64,000 bases of DNA from an uncultured Gemmatimonadales bacterium (GCA_963798845.1 CAWCUS010000001.1:631850-695849); one strand, 5' to 3'. Shown: positions 25,263 through 35,021, numbered from the stretch's first letter. Program-made: numbers and translations. Notes: generated by a model from the sequence alone, not told the origin.

Positions 25263-25856
25263 CTACTGCGGCGGCGCGGCGATCCGGTCGACCGCCTCTC
25301 CCAGCGCGGTGTACGCCGCCGGATCGATCTCCCGGAACGGCGCCGACACGTAGGCGATCTTCCCGTCCGGACCGATCACGAACACGTCGCGTGCGCTTAC
25401 GTGTGTCCCGGGGCGGTCGAAGACGGCCCCGAACTCGGCCGCGGCGACGAGGCCCGTGTCGCTGGCCATGAGGAACGGGAACTCGTCGTCCCGGGCCCAT
25501 GCCGCCAGCGTGTCGACGGGGTCGACGCTGATGGCCATGAGGACCACGTTCCGGCCACCGTTGAAGAGCTGCGCGTACTGATCACGGTACGCGTGCATTT
25601 GCACAGTTCAGCCCTTGCTCCTGGCCCTGAAGAAGAAGGCCAGGACCACCGTCTTGCCGGCGTAGTCGCTCAGCGACACGGGCTCGGCCAGGACGCCATA
25701 GCGGCTCGCGCCGGGAAGGCTGAAGTCGGGGGCGGCGTCGCCTGCTTCGAGCGGCGTGGTGCCCTGGGCGGCGGCCGGGGTCGGTGTCGTGGCCGCGGTG
25801 ATGCCCAGCGCCGCTGCGAAGGCGAAACCGAAGGCGCTGGCGTGGGGTCGTCGCAT
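25263..25856 (-). CDS. Secreted AhpC/TSA (BCP-like) peroxiredoxin with an in-frame TGA (25608..25610) at the peroxidatic Cys position; candidate selenoprotein
   Basis: Two tool ORFs (25608..26087 and 25263..25604) are in the same frame, separated only by TGA. The joined sequence reads ..GKTVVLAFFFRARSKG-[TGA]-TVQMHAYRDQYAQLF..VVLMAISVD.., so the stop replaces the Cys of the Prx G-C-T motif. ATG at 25856 is preceded by AGGAG, followed by a signal peptide. Confidence 0.6.
25572..25593 (-). other. Candidate bacterial SECIS-like hairpin downstream of the in-frame UGA
   Basis: On the mRNA strand: CGCGUAC-CGUGAUCA-GUACGCG, a perfect 7-bp stem with an 8-nt loop that has G at loop position 2. The stem begins 15 nt after the UGA. 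Confidence 0.4.
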
Positions 25857-25950
25857 GAGGTGTCTCCTGTGGCGGTACGGAGACAACGTACGGGGCACGC
25901 CGCGGCTGCGCACGACGGCGGCGACCGACGGCGGCGACCGACGCCTGCCG

Positions 25951-26583
25951 CTAGCCATCCCCCGTCGCCGGGCGCTCCACGAGGGCCCGGCCGGCGGTGG
26001 CCTCGGCCACGGCACGCGCGAACGCGTCGATGCTGTCTGCCGGGACCGCGACATCCAGGCGCACGTCCACGCCGAACTCCTCGGCATCCACCTCGCCGTC
26101 CATCTCCTCGATGACGCGTCGGACCGCGTCGAGGCCGCCGTACTCGACCACCACGACGAGCGGCGTGCGCGCCACCCTTTCCATCCGGGCCAGGCCCTCC
26201 AGGGCGAGCTGGACCCCCCCGGAGTACGCCCGCTGGAGCCCGCCCGTCCCCAGCTTCACCCCGCCGTAGTAGCGGGTGACCACGGCCACGATCTCGCCCA
26301 CGCCGGAGTGCAGCAGCGCTTCCAGCATCGGGCGACCCGCGGTGCCGTGCGGCTCCCCGGCGTCGCTCATGCCGATGTCCGCCGTGGTGCCCGGCGGCCC
26401 GGCGACCCACGCCCAGCAGTTGTGGGTGGCATCGGCGAACTCGGCGCGCATCGCGCCGATGAACGCGCGGGCGGCGTCGCCATCCTCCGCGCGCGACACG
26501 GTGGTGATGAACCGGCTGCGCCGGATGGTCTGCTCCACCCGGTGCCGACCGGCGGGCACGGGATAGCGCGTCGCTTCGCTCAC
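25951..26583 (-). CDS. YigZ/IMPACT-family protein
   Basis: Family motifs (RSRFITTV, ATHNCWAW, SDAGEPHGTAGRPML, VVTRYYGGVKLGTGGL) plus the C-terminal DUF1949-like half. Confidence 0.85.
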   Translation of the reverse strand: MSEATRYPVPAGRHRVEQTIRRSRFITTVSRAEDGDAARAFIGAMRAEFADATHNCWAWVAGPPGTTADIGMSDAGEPHGTAGRPMLEALLHSGVGEIVAVVTRYYGGVKLGTGGLQRAYSGGVQLALEGLARMERVARTPLVVVVEYGGLDAVRRVIEEMDGEVDAEEFGVDVRLDVAVPADSIDAFARAVAEATAGRALVERPATGDG

Positions 26584-26644
26584 GTCCTCGTGGTCCTGGC
26601 CGTGCTCTCCGGCGCGCCCGTCGGCCGCCGGAGCGCCGCGTCCG

Positions 26645-27619
26645 CTATTCGATCCCCTCCGGCGTCGCGCCGCCGATCTCGATCCGGTCCTCGGTGAGCT
26701 CGTCGATGTCCGCGAGCTCGTCCTCCGTCAGCTGGAGGTCGCCGGCGTAGGCGGTGCCCTCGATCTGCTCCGGCGTGCGCGCCCCGACGATGGCCACGTC
26801 CACGGCGGGGTGGGCGAGGACCCAGGCGATGGCCATCTGGGCGACAGTGATCTCGCGCTCGTCCGCGTACTCCTTCAGCCGCTCCACGATGCCCAGGTTG
26901 TGTGCGAACACCTCGCCCGTGAACGCCGAGCTTTCGCTCCGCCAGTCGTCGTCGGGGAAGGTCGTGTCCTCGTCGTATTTCCCTCCCAGGAGACCATGGG
27001 CGAGGGGGCCGTAGACGAGCGTGCCGACACCGTGCGCCTCGCAGTAGGGGAGGATGTGCTTCTCGATGTCGCGGCGGAACAGGTGGTATGGCGGCTGGAG
27101 CGTGTCCAGGTCGTGGAAGCGCTCGAACGCAAGCATCTGCTTGGCGCTGAAGTTGGACACGCCCACGTACCTCGCCTTCCCCTCGGCGACGAGCTCCGCC
27201 AGCGCGTCCGCGGTCTCCTCCGGCGCCGTGTCCTCGTCCGGCCAGTGGACCTGGTAGAGGTCGACGTATTCCGTCCCCAGGTGGCGCAGGCTCTCCTCGA
27301 TCCCCTGCCGCAGCCAGTCCCGCCCCGCATCTCGCACCACGCCGGGGCCCGGTCGCAGCCCGCCCTTCGTCGCGATCACCACCTCCTCGCGACGGTTCCG
27401 GATCTCCGGCCGGAGCGCGTCCGCCAGCACCGACTCCGACTTCCCGAAGCCGTACGCCTGCGCCGTGTCGAAGAAGTTGATCCCCAGGTCGAGCGCCCGC
27501 CGGACCGCCGCCTTCGCGTCGTCCATGTCCAGGGCGCCCCACTCGCCGCCCAGCTGCCACGTGCCGAAGCAGATCCGCGACACCTCCAGCTCCGTCTCAC
27601 CCAGCCGGGTGTATTCCAT
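26645..27619 (-). CDS. Aldo/keto reductase
   Basis: MEYTRLG..LEVSRICFGTWQLGG, FFDTAQAYGFGKSE, YVDLYQVHWPD, GVSNFS. ATG at 27619 is preceded by GGAGG. The 868-aa tool ORF is an in-frame upstream artefact. Confidence 0.9.
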   Translation of the reverse strand: MEYTRLGETELEVSRICFGTWQLGGEWGALDMDDAKAAVRRALDLGINFFDTAQAYGFGKSESVLADALRPEIRNRREEVVIATKGGLRPGPGVVRDAGRDWLRQGIEESLRHLGTEYVDLYQVHWPDEDTAPEETADALAELVAEGKARYVGVSNFSAKQMLAFERFHDLDTLQPPYHLFRRDIEKHILPYCEAHGVGTLVYGPLAHGLLGGKYDEDTTFPDDDWRSESSAFTGEVFAHNLGIVERLKEYADEREITVAQMAIAWVLAHPAVDVAIVGARTPEQIEGTAYAGDLQLTEDELADIDELTEDRIEIGGATPEGIE

Positions 27620-27937
27620 CACATCCTCCCTTTCCGTTTCCGGGACCCGGAATCCGGTGAACCATCGAGCCGTCAAGCCGCTGCGCCGTGACCGCCTTCC
27701 CGCCTTCCCGCCTCTCTCGCCTCCCCGCCTCCGCGCCGCCGGCCCACGCACGCGCTGGACTGCGCCGGAGAGTGGGCTGGCGGGTCGGGCCGGGCGTTCA
27801 CGGTGCGCCGCCATGATCCTGCGTCGCGCGGGGGCTTTCCACAACCGGCACCGCAGCGGACCTGCGCCCCGTGCGCTGGCGGCGGGCGCGGCCGTAGATT
27901 CCGCCCCGACCTGACCCTGCACCCCAGGAGCGCCCCG

Positions 27938-29206
27938 ATGCGCGCACGACGCCGCCTCGCCGACCGGACCCGGCTCGCCTTGACCTGCCCCGTCGCACTC
28001 ACCTTGGCCCTCGCCGTGGCCGCCGGAGCGAAGACCGCGGCCGCGCAGGCGCCCTACACTCCGCCGCCGGGCCAGTGGGAGCACCGGGCGCCCGCGGACG
28101 TGGGGCTGGACCCGGCGCTGCTCGACTCCGCGGTCGCCTTCGCGCAGTCGCACGGGACGAGCGCGCCGGCCGACCTGCTGGAAGCCCACTACCGCACGTT
28201 CGCCCGGGAGCCTTTCGGGGAGGCCGTGGGGCCGTTCCGCGAGCGCGGGCCGCAGACGGGGCTGGTGATCCGTCACGGCTACATCGTCGCCGAGTGGGGC
28301 GATCCCCAGCGTGTCGACATGACGTTCAGCGTGAGCAAGAGCTTCCTGTCGACCACGGTGGGGCTGGCCGTGGCCGATGGCGTCATCCGCGACGTGGAAG
28401 ACCTTGTCGCGCCGTACCTCCCGCCGATCCTCCTGCCGCCCGGCGACGGCGAGCCGGGCGAGGAGGCCGGGAGCGGCTTCGGCGCGCGTCGCCCGGTGCT
28501 GCTGTTCACCTCTCCGCACAACCGGCAGATCACGTGGAGCCACCTGCTGCGCCAGACCAGTGACTGGGAGGGGACGCTGTGGGGCAAGCCCGACTGGTCG
28601 GACCGCCCGGCGAGGGACCCGGAGGAGTGGCACCGGCGGGACCGGCCGTCGCCCGGGACGCGCTGGGAGTACAACGACACGCGCGTGAACCTGCTCGCGC
28701 TGGCGCTCACGGAAGTGCTCCGCGAACCGCCGCAGGTGCTGCTGCGGGAGCGGATCATGGACCCGATCGGCGCGTCCTCCACCTGGCGCTGGCACGGCTA
28801 CGACAACTCGTGGGTGCTCGTGGACGGCCTGAACGTCCAGGTCCCCAGCGGCGGCGGCCACTGGGGCGGCGGCATGTTCATCAGCGCGTTCGACCAGGCC
28901 CGCTTCGGCCTCCTCACCCTGCGCCACTACCGCTGGGGCGACCGCCAGCTCCTGCCCGAGTCCTGGTGGAAACAGGCGACGACGCCCACGGCCTCCCAGC
29001 CGGACTACGGCTTCATGAACTTCTTCCTCAACACCGGCCGCGAGCGCTTCCCGAGCGCGCCCGGGACCGCGTGGGCGCACCTGGGAAACGGTACCAACAT
29101 GATCTACTGCGACCCCGAGAACGACCTGGTCGTCGTGGCCCGGTGGATCGACAACGGCTCGCTGGACGGATTCATCGGGCGGGTGCTGCAGGCGGTGCGG
29201 AAGTAG
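27938..29206 (+). CDS. Secreted beta-lactamase-related serine hydrolase
   Basis: Signal peptide. SxxK motif (FSVSKSF) in the family-typical context. ATG at 27938 is preceded by CAGGAG. Confidence 0.8.
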   Translation: MRARRRLADRTRLALTCPVALTLALAVAAGAKTAAAQAPYTPPPGQWEHRAPADVGLDPALLDSAVAFAQSHGTSAPADLLEAHYRTFAREPFGEAVGPFRERGPQTGLVIRHGYIVAEWGDPQRVDMTFSVSKSFLSTTVGLAVADGVIRDVEDLVAPYLPPILLPPGDGEPGEEAGSGFGARRPVLLFTSPHNRQITWSHLLRQTSDWEGTLWGKPDWSDRPARDPEEWHRRDRPSPGTRWEYNDTRVNLLALALTEVLREPPQVLLRERIMDPIGASSTWRWHGYDNSWVLVDGLNVQVPSGGGHWGGGMFISAFDQARFGLLTLRHYRWGDRQLLPESWWKQATTPTASQPDYGFMNFFLNTGRERFPSAPGTAWAHLGNGTNMIYCDPENDLVVVARWIDNGSLDGFIGRVLQAVRK

Positions 29207-29210
29207 GGGC

Positions 29211-29225
29211 GGGCGACCGTCGCCC
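29211..29225. terminator. Short GC hairpin between convergent genes (possible bidirectional terminator)
   Basis: The inverted repeat GGGCGACcGTCGCCC lies between the stop at 29206 (+) and the stop at 29265 (-). There is no U-tract. Confidence 0.3.
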
Positions 29226-29264
29226 GCGCCCAGACGCCTCGCCAGGATCACCCGCGGGCCTCCT

Positions 29265-30587
29265 TCACCGCCTCCCGCCGGCGCGCAGGTCCGCGCCCAG
29301 GTAGCTCACGCCCGCTATCCGCCCCCCCAGGAACGCCGTGAACGCGGCCGTCACGCCCACCCAGCCGACGCCCCAGCCGAGAATCACGAACAGCATGGCC
29401 ACGCCGGCCACCTCGATCGCCGTGGCGAGCGTGATCGGGCGAGTGCGTCGCTCCTGCACCAGCAGCGCGCGCTGGAAGGCGAGCAGGACCGTGAGCGCCG
29501 GCAGAGGCACGAGGACCCGCGTGGGGACCAGGGCGAACGTCGCCAGCTCGCGGGTGAGCCCGGATACGGTGACGAACCACACCTGGGCGAGGGGCGTGAA
29601 CGCGACGATCGCCATCCCGCCGGTGGCTGCGATGCCGAGGACCGTGGCGAAGCGCGCCAGCTCCGGCAAGTGCTCGTTCCGCCGCCCCAGTAGCGCGATC
29701 GCGGCTTCCTGGAAGCTGAGCCCGAGAGCCCGGAACAGGAACGACAGGGAGTAAACCACCGGGAACACCGCCAGCGACTCGATGGGCGAGGGTGCGCGGC
29801 CCATGAAGAACGTGAGCATCGGCTGGACGGTCAGCCCGATGAGGGAAGTGAGCGCCAGAGGGTAGTAAAAGCGCGCGATGTCGCCGTAAGCGAGCTCCGG
29901 CGCCGCAGGGTCCAGCCGCTCGGGGCCCGCCAGCAGCTCGACGACGGTCTTCCGGGCATAGAGGAACGCCGCCGCCGCCTCGCACGTCACCCCCGCCGAG
30001 AGCGCGCCGGCGCCCACCCAGGCACCCGGGAAATCCGTGAGGAGCGCCAGGACCACGGCCGTGCTCGCCATGGCGACGACCCGGACCACCGTCCCGTACG
30101 CCACCAGCCGCGTCCGCCCCGCCCGGATCAGCAGCCCGTGCCGGAAGCGACGCAAGCCGATGGCCGCCGGCCACGGGAGGAGAAGCCAGAGCGCGCCGTA
30201 CGTGAGGGTGCTGATCTCCGGCGGCAGCCCCAGGAGCGTGCTCATGAGGGTGTCGTAAACGGGCCGGATCAGCACGAGCACGAGCAGCGCCGTCGAGCCC
30301 ACGTTCAGCGCGTTGGCGAAGTTGCGCAGCCGGAAGTAGCTGTGCCGGTCCTCCACCAGCGCCGTGGACGCGCTCATCAGCATGATGATCGGCGACTCCG
30401 TCAGCATCGCGAACGCGAACGCCACGCCGTACGCCGCCAGGTTGAACTTCGCCTCCGCGTGACGCGCGATCACGGCGGCGAGGAACGGCCCCTCCACGCC
30501 CATCATGAGCCACGTGGCGGCCAGGGGCAGCCAGAAGAGGAGGATCGAGCGACCGGAGCGCCGCCGGACGTCCGGCGGCGTCAACAA
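29265..30587 (-). CDS. MATE/MOP-superfamily-like polytopic membrane transporter
   Basis: 440 aa with about 12 hydrophobic helices. The N-terminal region resembles MATE (LFWLPLAATWLMMGVEGPFLAAVIARHAEAKFNLAAYGVAF). The family call is by eye only. Confidence 0.55.
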   Translation of the reverse strand: MLTPPDVRRRSGRSILLFWLPLAATWLMMGVEGPFLAAVIARHAEAKFNLAAYGVAFAFAMLTESPIIMLMSASTALVEDRHSYFRLRNFANALNVGSTALLVLVLIRPVYDTLMSTLLGLPPEISTLTYGALWLLLPWPAAIGLRRFRHGLLIRAGRTRLVAYGTVVRVVAMASTAVVLALLTDFPGAWVGAGALSAGVTCEAAAAFLYARKTVVELLAGPERLDPAAPELAYGDIARFYYPLALTSLIGLTVQPMLTFFMGRAPSPIESLAVFPVVYSLSFLFRALGLSFQEAAIALLGRRNEHLPELARFATVLGIAATGGMAIVAFTPLAQVWFVTVSGLTRELATFALVPTRVLVPLPALTVLLAFQRALLVQERRTRPITLATAIEVAGVAMLFVILGWGVGWVGVTAAFTAFLGGRIAGVSYLGADLRAGGRR

Positions 30588-30839
30588 TTTTGCGGACCTG
30601 GTACCAGAATCAACATTTCGTCCGAATCCGCTATCTTACGCCCTCCGACGCACCGGCGACGCACGCAGCGCAGCTCGCTTTCGGGCGCGGGACTCACGTC
30701 CAGCCCCGCGTTCGTCGGGCCCGATATGGTGGGGTCACGGCGGAGCGTCGTGAAGATAGCAGCGTGGTCCGACGACGCACGTCTGCAGCGCGAAATGTGG
30801 AACGTGGATCCAGGTCCGGAAGCGGCCGGAAGAGGTGAT

Positions 30840-31616
30840 ATGGCCAACGCGGAGCTCTTGCCTCGCGAGCACGGTGCTTACGCGCAGCTCGCTTTCCCCC
30901 TCCTCACCGGGCTCGCGCTCGCCCGCTTCCATCCGGGCGCGATCGCATTCGCCGTCGGCGCCACGTCCGTCTTCCTGGCGCACGAGCCGGTGACGATCCT
31001 GGCGGGCGGGCGCGGCCCACGGCTGCGCGACAAGCTCGCCGGGGCGGCGCGGCGCAGGCTCCTGTTTCTCGGCGGGGCCGGACTTCTCGCCCTGGTGGCG
31101 GCGGTCGGCCTGGCGCCGGCGCGCGCCTGGCTCTTCGCGCTCGTGCCGGCGGCCATCGGCGCGCCGCTGGCGCCGTTCTTCGGCCGCCGCGAGATCAAGT
31201 CCGTGGCGGGGGAGGCCCTGGTGGCGTCGGCGCTGTCGGCGCTCGTCCTCCCCCTCGCCCTCACCGCCCCCGTCACCGTGGCGCGCGCGGTCGTCGCCGC
31301 GCTGGTGTGGCTCGCCGCCTACTTCCCGGCGGTGCTGGCCGTTCACGCGGTGAAGGCGAAGCACCTGCGGCGCGCCGAGCGTCGCTGGACGCTCCTGGCG
31401 ACGCCGGTCTCGGCCGCCCTCGTGGTCGTGGCCGCCGTCGTCGCCGCGGCCTCCCTACCGGGCCCGGCCACCCTTTCCGCGCTCGCCGTCCTGCCGCCCG
31501 CCCTGGCCGTCCTCGTCCTCGGCCTCTTCCCGCCCCACCCCCGGCACCTCAAGCGGATCGGCTGGGCCATGGTCACCGTCGACGCCCTGGCCCTCGTCCT
31601 TCTCCTCCTCCTCTGA
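30840..31616 (+). CDS. YwiC-like membrane protein
   Basis: ATG at 30840 is preceded by GAGG. N-terminal PREHGAYAQLAFPL motif typical of the YwiC-like family, with multiple TM helices. Confidence 0.65.
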   Translation: MANAELLPREHGAYAQLAFPLLTGLALARFHPGAIAFAVGATSVFLAHEPVTILAGGRGPRLRDKLAGAARRRLLFLGGAGLLALVAAVGLAPARAWLFALVPAAIGAPLAPFFGRREIKSVAGEALVASALSALVLPLALTAPVTVARAVVAALVWLAAYFPAVLAVHAVKAKHLRRAERRWTLLATPVSAALVVVAAVVAAASLPGPATLSALAVLPPALAVLVLGLFPPHPRHLKRIGWAMVTVDALALVLLLLL

Positions 31617-31657
31617 TCCTGCCGTTTCGGCTATTCGGCCGTTCGGCTGGTCAGCTG

Positions 31658-32428
31658 TCAGTGCAGACCCAGCGCGTAGATCCCGGTTTCGAAGTTGTAG
31701 TAGCTGGACACCTCCACGCGATAGCAGCCGGGATCGAGCGTGGCGGTGATCTCGGCATCGGTGGTGTTGGTCGTCGCGTCGTCATTCGAGGCCAGGAGGT
31801 TGCCGGCTTCGTCATAGAGCGCGAGGTAGGCGTCGAACTGGGACGAGGCGAGCGTCAGGTCGATGGCCTGGGACCCGGTCAGGGTGAAGTGGTAGGGGTC
31901 GAAGAAGCCGTACCCGAGCCACTCGTCGGAGGAGGTGAGTGTGCCGTTCACGTCGCTCCCGACCTGGATTTCCGGCAGGTCGGCGCACGTGTACCGCTCG
32001 TCGCCCGCGCCGGCCGGGCAGATCTCGAGCTGAGTGAGATCCGCATCCGTGCGGGTGAGGCTGACGGTGCTGCCGCTCTCTCCTATGGTCAGCTGGTCGC
32101 CGCTGGCCGTGAGCGTCACGACGAACGTGTCCGCAGCCGTCCCATCCTGGGAGCGGAGGGTGTACGTGTCCCCGTTCTGATGGACGATGTCGTAGGCGAA
32201 CCGGCCGAAGCAATACGCGGAGTCACCCTGGTACGTGACGACGGCGTCTTCCGAGATGTCGAAGTAGAGCGTGAGTCCGGCGCTCGAGCCGACCCAGGTC
32301 CCTACGATCGAGTCGCCGTCGGTGGAGGGGGACGTGCCATTGTCGCAAGCCCCCAGAGCGAGCGCGGGGAGGAGAAGGGCAGTCAGCAACAACAGGTGTC
32401 GGGGGGGCGCGGCGATCGAGGTTCTCAC
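31658..32428 (-). CDS. Lipoprotein with a C-terminal pre-peptidase (PPC)-like beta-sandwich domain
   Basis: GTG at 32428 is preceded by GGAGG. Lipobox (LPALALGAC). C-terminal pattern (GTLTSSDE..DPYHFTLTGSQAIDLTLASSQFDAYLALYDEAGNLLASNDD...LDPGCYRVEV). Confidence 0.6.
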   Translation of the reverse strand: MRTSIAAPPRHLLLLTALLLPALALGACDNGTSPSTDGDSIVGTWVGSSAGLTLYFDISEDAVVTYQGDSAYCFGRFAYDIVHQNGDTYTLRSQDGTAADTFVVTLTASGDQLTIGESGSTVSLTRTDADLTQLEICPAGAGDERYTCADLPEIQVGSDVNGTLTSSDEWLGYGFFDPYHFTLTGSQAIDLTLASSQFDAYLALYDEAGNLLASNDDATTNTTDAEITATLDPGCYRVEVSSYYNFETGIYALGLH

Positions 32429-32614
32429 GGGTCCTCCGGTGGCAGGGAGTAGAGCTCGGCTGTGGCCGGGCGGACGCAAGGTCCGGTCCCCGGCCTGAAG
32501 GCACTCGGCCGTCCTGTCAACGGTTGATGCGCCGGCCCCGTGACGCCACCTTCATGCGGAACCGCCGCACTCCGGTGGTTCCATGCCGCAGAAATCGAAG
32601 CACGAGAAGCAGAT

Positions 32615-34924
32615 ATGAAGCAGCCCATCTCCGCCCGCGTGGCGTCCGAGCTCGGTCTTTCCGCCGCGCAGGTCACGGCCACCCTCCGCCTCTTCGACGA
32701 AGGGAGCACGCTCCCCTTCATCGCCCGTTACCGCAAAGAGGCCACGGGCGGTCTCGACGAGGTGCAGCTGCGCGACGTGCGCGACCGGGCGGCGTACCTG
32801 GCGGAGCTGGAAGACCGTCGCGAGGCGATCCTCGCCTCCATCGACGAGCAGGGGAAGCTGGACGACGCGCTGCGCTCGCGCATCGATGCGGCGGAGACCA
32901 AGCAGGAGCTCGAGGACCTCTACCTGCCGTACAGGCCGAAACGCCGCACGCGCGCCACGATCGCGAGGGAGAAGGGGCTCGAGCCGCTGGCGGACGCGCT
33001 CTGGAACGGCGAGCTGGACGACGACGCTGCCGAAGCCGCCGCCGCGGGATACGTCGACCCGGAGAAGGGCGTCGAGACCGTGGCCGACGCGCTCCAGGGG
33101 GCCCGTGACATCCTGGCCGAGCGGGTGGCGGAGGACGCGGACGTGCGCGGCTGGCTGCGGGACGAGACGCGGGCGAGGGGTGTCGTCGCCAGCAAGGTGA
33201 TTCCGGGACGGGAATCCAGCACCGAGGCGGCGCGCTTCCGCGACTACTTCGACTTCAGCCAGAAGGCGACGGACATCCCGAGCCATCGCATGCTGGCGAT
33301 CCGGCGAGGCGAGGCGGAGGAGGTGCTGACGTGGTCGATCGAGGCGCCCGTGGAGGAGCTGCTGGCGGGCATCGTCGGCCGGGTGGTGCGTGACCGCCCG
33401 GCGCGCGCCCAGATGGCGCAGGTGGCGGCGGACGCGTTCAGGCGCCTGCTGACGACGTCGATCCAGACGGAGCTCCGCCTGGAGCTCAAGGACCGGGCGG
33501 ACGTCGGCGCCATCGACATCTTCGGCCGCAACCTCGAGCAGCTCCTGCTCGCGCCGCCCGCGGGCGAGCGTGCCGTCATCGGCCTCGACCCGGGCTTCCG
33601 CACCGGCGTGAAGGTGGCCGTGGTCTCCCGCACGGGCGCGCTCCTGGACACGGACACGCTGTACCTGCACCAGTCCGACCGCTTCGCCGCCGGGCTGAGG
33701 GCGCTCGTGGACAAGCACCGCCCGGATCTCATCGCCATCGGCAACGGCACGGCTTCCCGGGAGACCGACCAGGCGGTGAGAGGAGCGCTCGACGCCGTGG
33801 AACCGCGCCCGGGAATCGTGGTCGTGAACGAGTCCGGCGCCAGCGTCTATTCCGCCTCCGACATCGCCCGCGACGAGCTCCCGGACCTGGACGTCTCGCT
33901 GCGCGGCGCCGTCTCCATCGCGCGCCGCCTCCAGGACCCGCTCGCGGAGCTGGTGAAGATCGATCCGAAGTCCATTGGCGTGGGCCAGTACCAGCACGAC
34001 GTGGACCAGCCGCACCTCAGGCGTCGCCTGGACGAGGTGGTCCAGGTCTGCGTGAACCGCGTGGGCGTCGAGGTCAACACGGCGTCCCCCTCGCTGCTTT
34101 CCTACATCGCCGGCCTCGGCCCCACGCTCGCCCGCAACATCGTCGGGTTCCGCGACGCGAAGGGGGGCCTTGCCTCCCGCGAGGAGCTGCTCCAGGTCAC
34201 GCGTCTCGGGCCCAAGGCGTTCGAGCAGGCCGCCGGCTTCCTCCGCGTCCGCGGCGCCGCGAACCCCCTCGACCGCACCGCCGTCCATCCCGAGCGCTAC
34301 GACCTGGTCCAGCGCATGGCCGCGGATGTCGGCGTCGCGCTTGAAGAGCTGGTGGAAAACGAGGAGGCGGTGTCGCGCATCCGGCTCGACGACTACGTCT
34401 CCGACGACGTGGGACGCCCCACCCTCGAGGACATCCTCGACGAGCTCCGTCGTCCCGGCCGCGACCCGCGCGCGACCTTTGAAGCGCCCTCCTTCCGCGA
34501 GGACGTGAAGGAGGTGAAGCACCTGCAGAAGGGGATGAAGCTCGAAGGCGTGGTCACCAACGTGGTCGCGTTCGGCGCGTTCGTGGACGTCGGCGTACAC
34601 CAGGACGGCCTCGTCCACGTCTCACAGCTCGCCGACCGCTTCATCAACGACCCCGCCGACGTCGTCCAGGTGGGCGACCGCGTCAGGGTCGCCGTCATTT
34701 CCGTCGACCTGGAGCGGAACCGGATCGGGCTCTCCATGAAGTCCGATCCTTTCGCCGAGCCGGGCCAGCGGAAACCCCCGCGCAGCGGCCGCGGCGGGCG
34801 CAGCGGCAGCAGCGGCAGCAGCGGCGGCTCCGGCCGTGGCAGCAGCGGCGCCAGGAGCCGCGATGGAAAACCTCCCATCCCGAAACCGGGCACGGTGGCG
34901 CCGAACGGAATCCGCTTCACCTGA
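32615..34924 (+). CDS. tex: Tex-like transcription accessory protein (YqgF/HhH/S1 domains) with a Gly/Ser/Arg-rich tail
   Basis: N-terminal signature (LSAAQVTATLRLFDEGSTLPFIARYRKEATGGLDEVQLR), a YqgF-like core and a C-terminal S1 domain (GMKLEGVVTNVVAFGAFVDVGVHQDGLVHVSQL). Confidence 0.93.
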   Translation: MKQPISARVASELGLSAAQVTATLRLFDEGSTLPFIARYRKEATGGLDEVQLRDVRDRAAYLAELEDRREAILASIDEQGKLDDALRSRIDAAETKQELEDLYLPYRPKRRTRATIAREKGLEPLADALWNGELDDDAAEAAAAGYVDPEKGVETVADALQGARDILAERVAEDADVRGWLRDETRARGVVASKVIPGRESSTEAARFRDYFDFSQKATDIPSHRMLAIRRGEAEEVLTWSIEAPVEELLAGIVGRVVRDRPARAQMAQVAADAFRRLLTTSIQTELRLELKDRADVGAIDIFGRNLEQLLLAPPAGERAVIGLDPGFRTGVKVAVVSRTGALLDTDTLYLHQSDRFAAGLRALVDKHRPDLIAIGNGTASRETDQAVRGALDAVEPRPGIVVVNESGASVYSASDIARDELPDLDVSLRGAVSIARRLQDPLAELVKIDPKSIGVGQYQHDVDQPHLRRRLDEVVQVCVNRVGVEVNTASPSLLSYIAGLGPTLARNIVGFRDAKGGLASREELLQVTRLGPKAFEQAAGFLRVRGAANPLDRTAVHPERYDLVQRMAADVGVALEELVENEEAVSRIRLDDYVSDDVGRPTLEDILDELRRPGRDPRATFEAPSFREDVKEVKHLQKGMKLEGVVTNVVAFGAFVDVGVHQDGLVHVSQLADRFINDPADVVQVGDRVRVAVISVDLERNRIGLSMKSDPFAEPGQRKPPRSGRGGRSGSSGSSGGSGRGSSGARSRDGKPPIPKPGTVAPNGIRFT

Positions 34925-35021
34925 GACCATCCTCCCTCCGACCGGAGGACGCGGGATTGACCGGGTGCGCGGCCGCGCGTAGCGTGAGGGAGGCGTCCGC
35001 TCCCTCGATCCGGCTGCAACC

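Noticed and set aside
25608-25610. Treating the TGA as a genuine stop, giving two separate genes: an 82-aa secreted peptide plus a 113-aa protein starting at GTG 25604.
   Set aside because: Neither half is a complete thioredoxin-fold Prx on its own. The downstream half has no SD or signal peptide. The stop falls exactly on the catalytic Cys codon. The pseudogene alternative is retained as a caveat in the finding.
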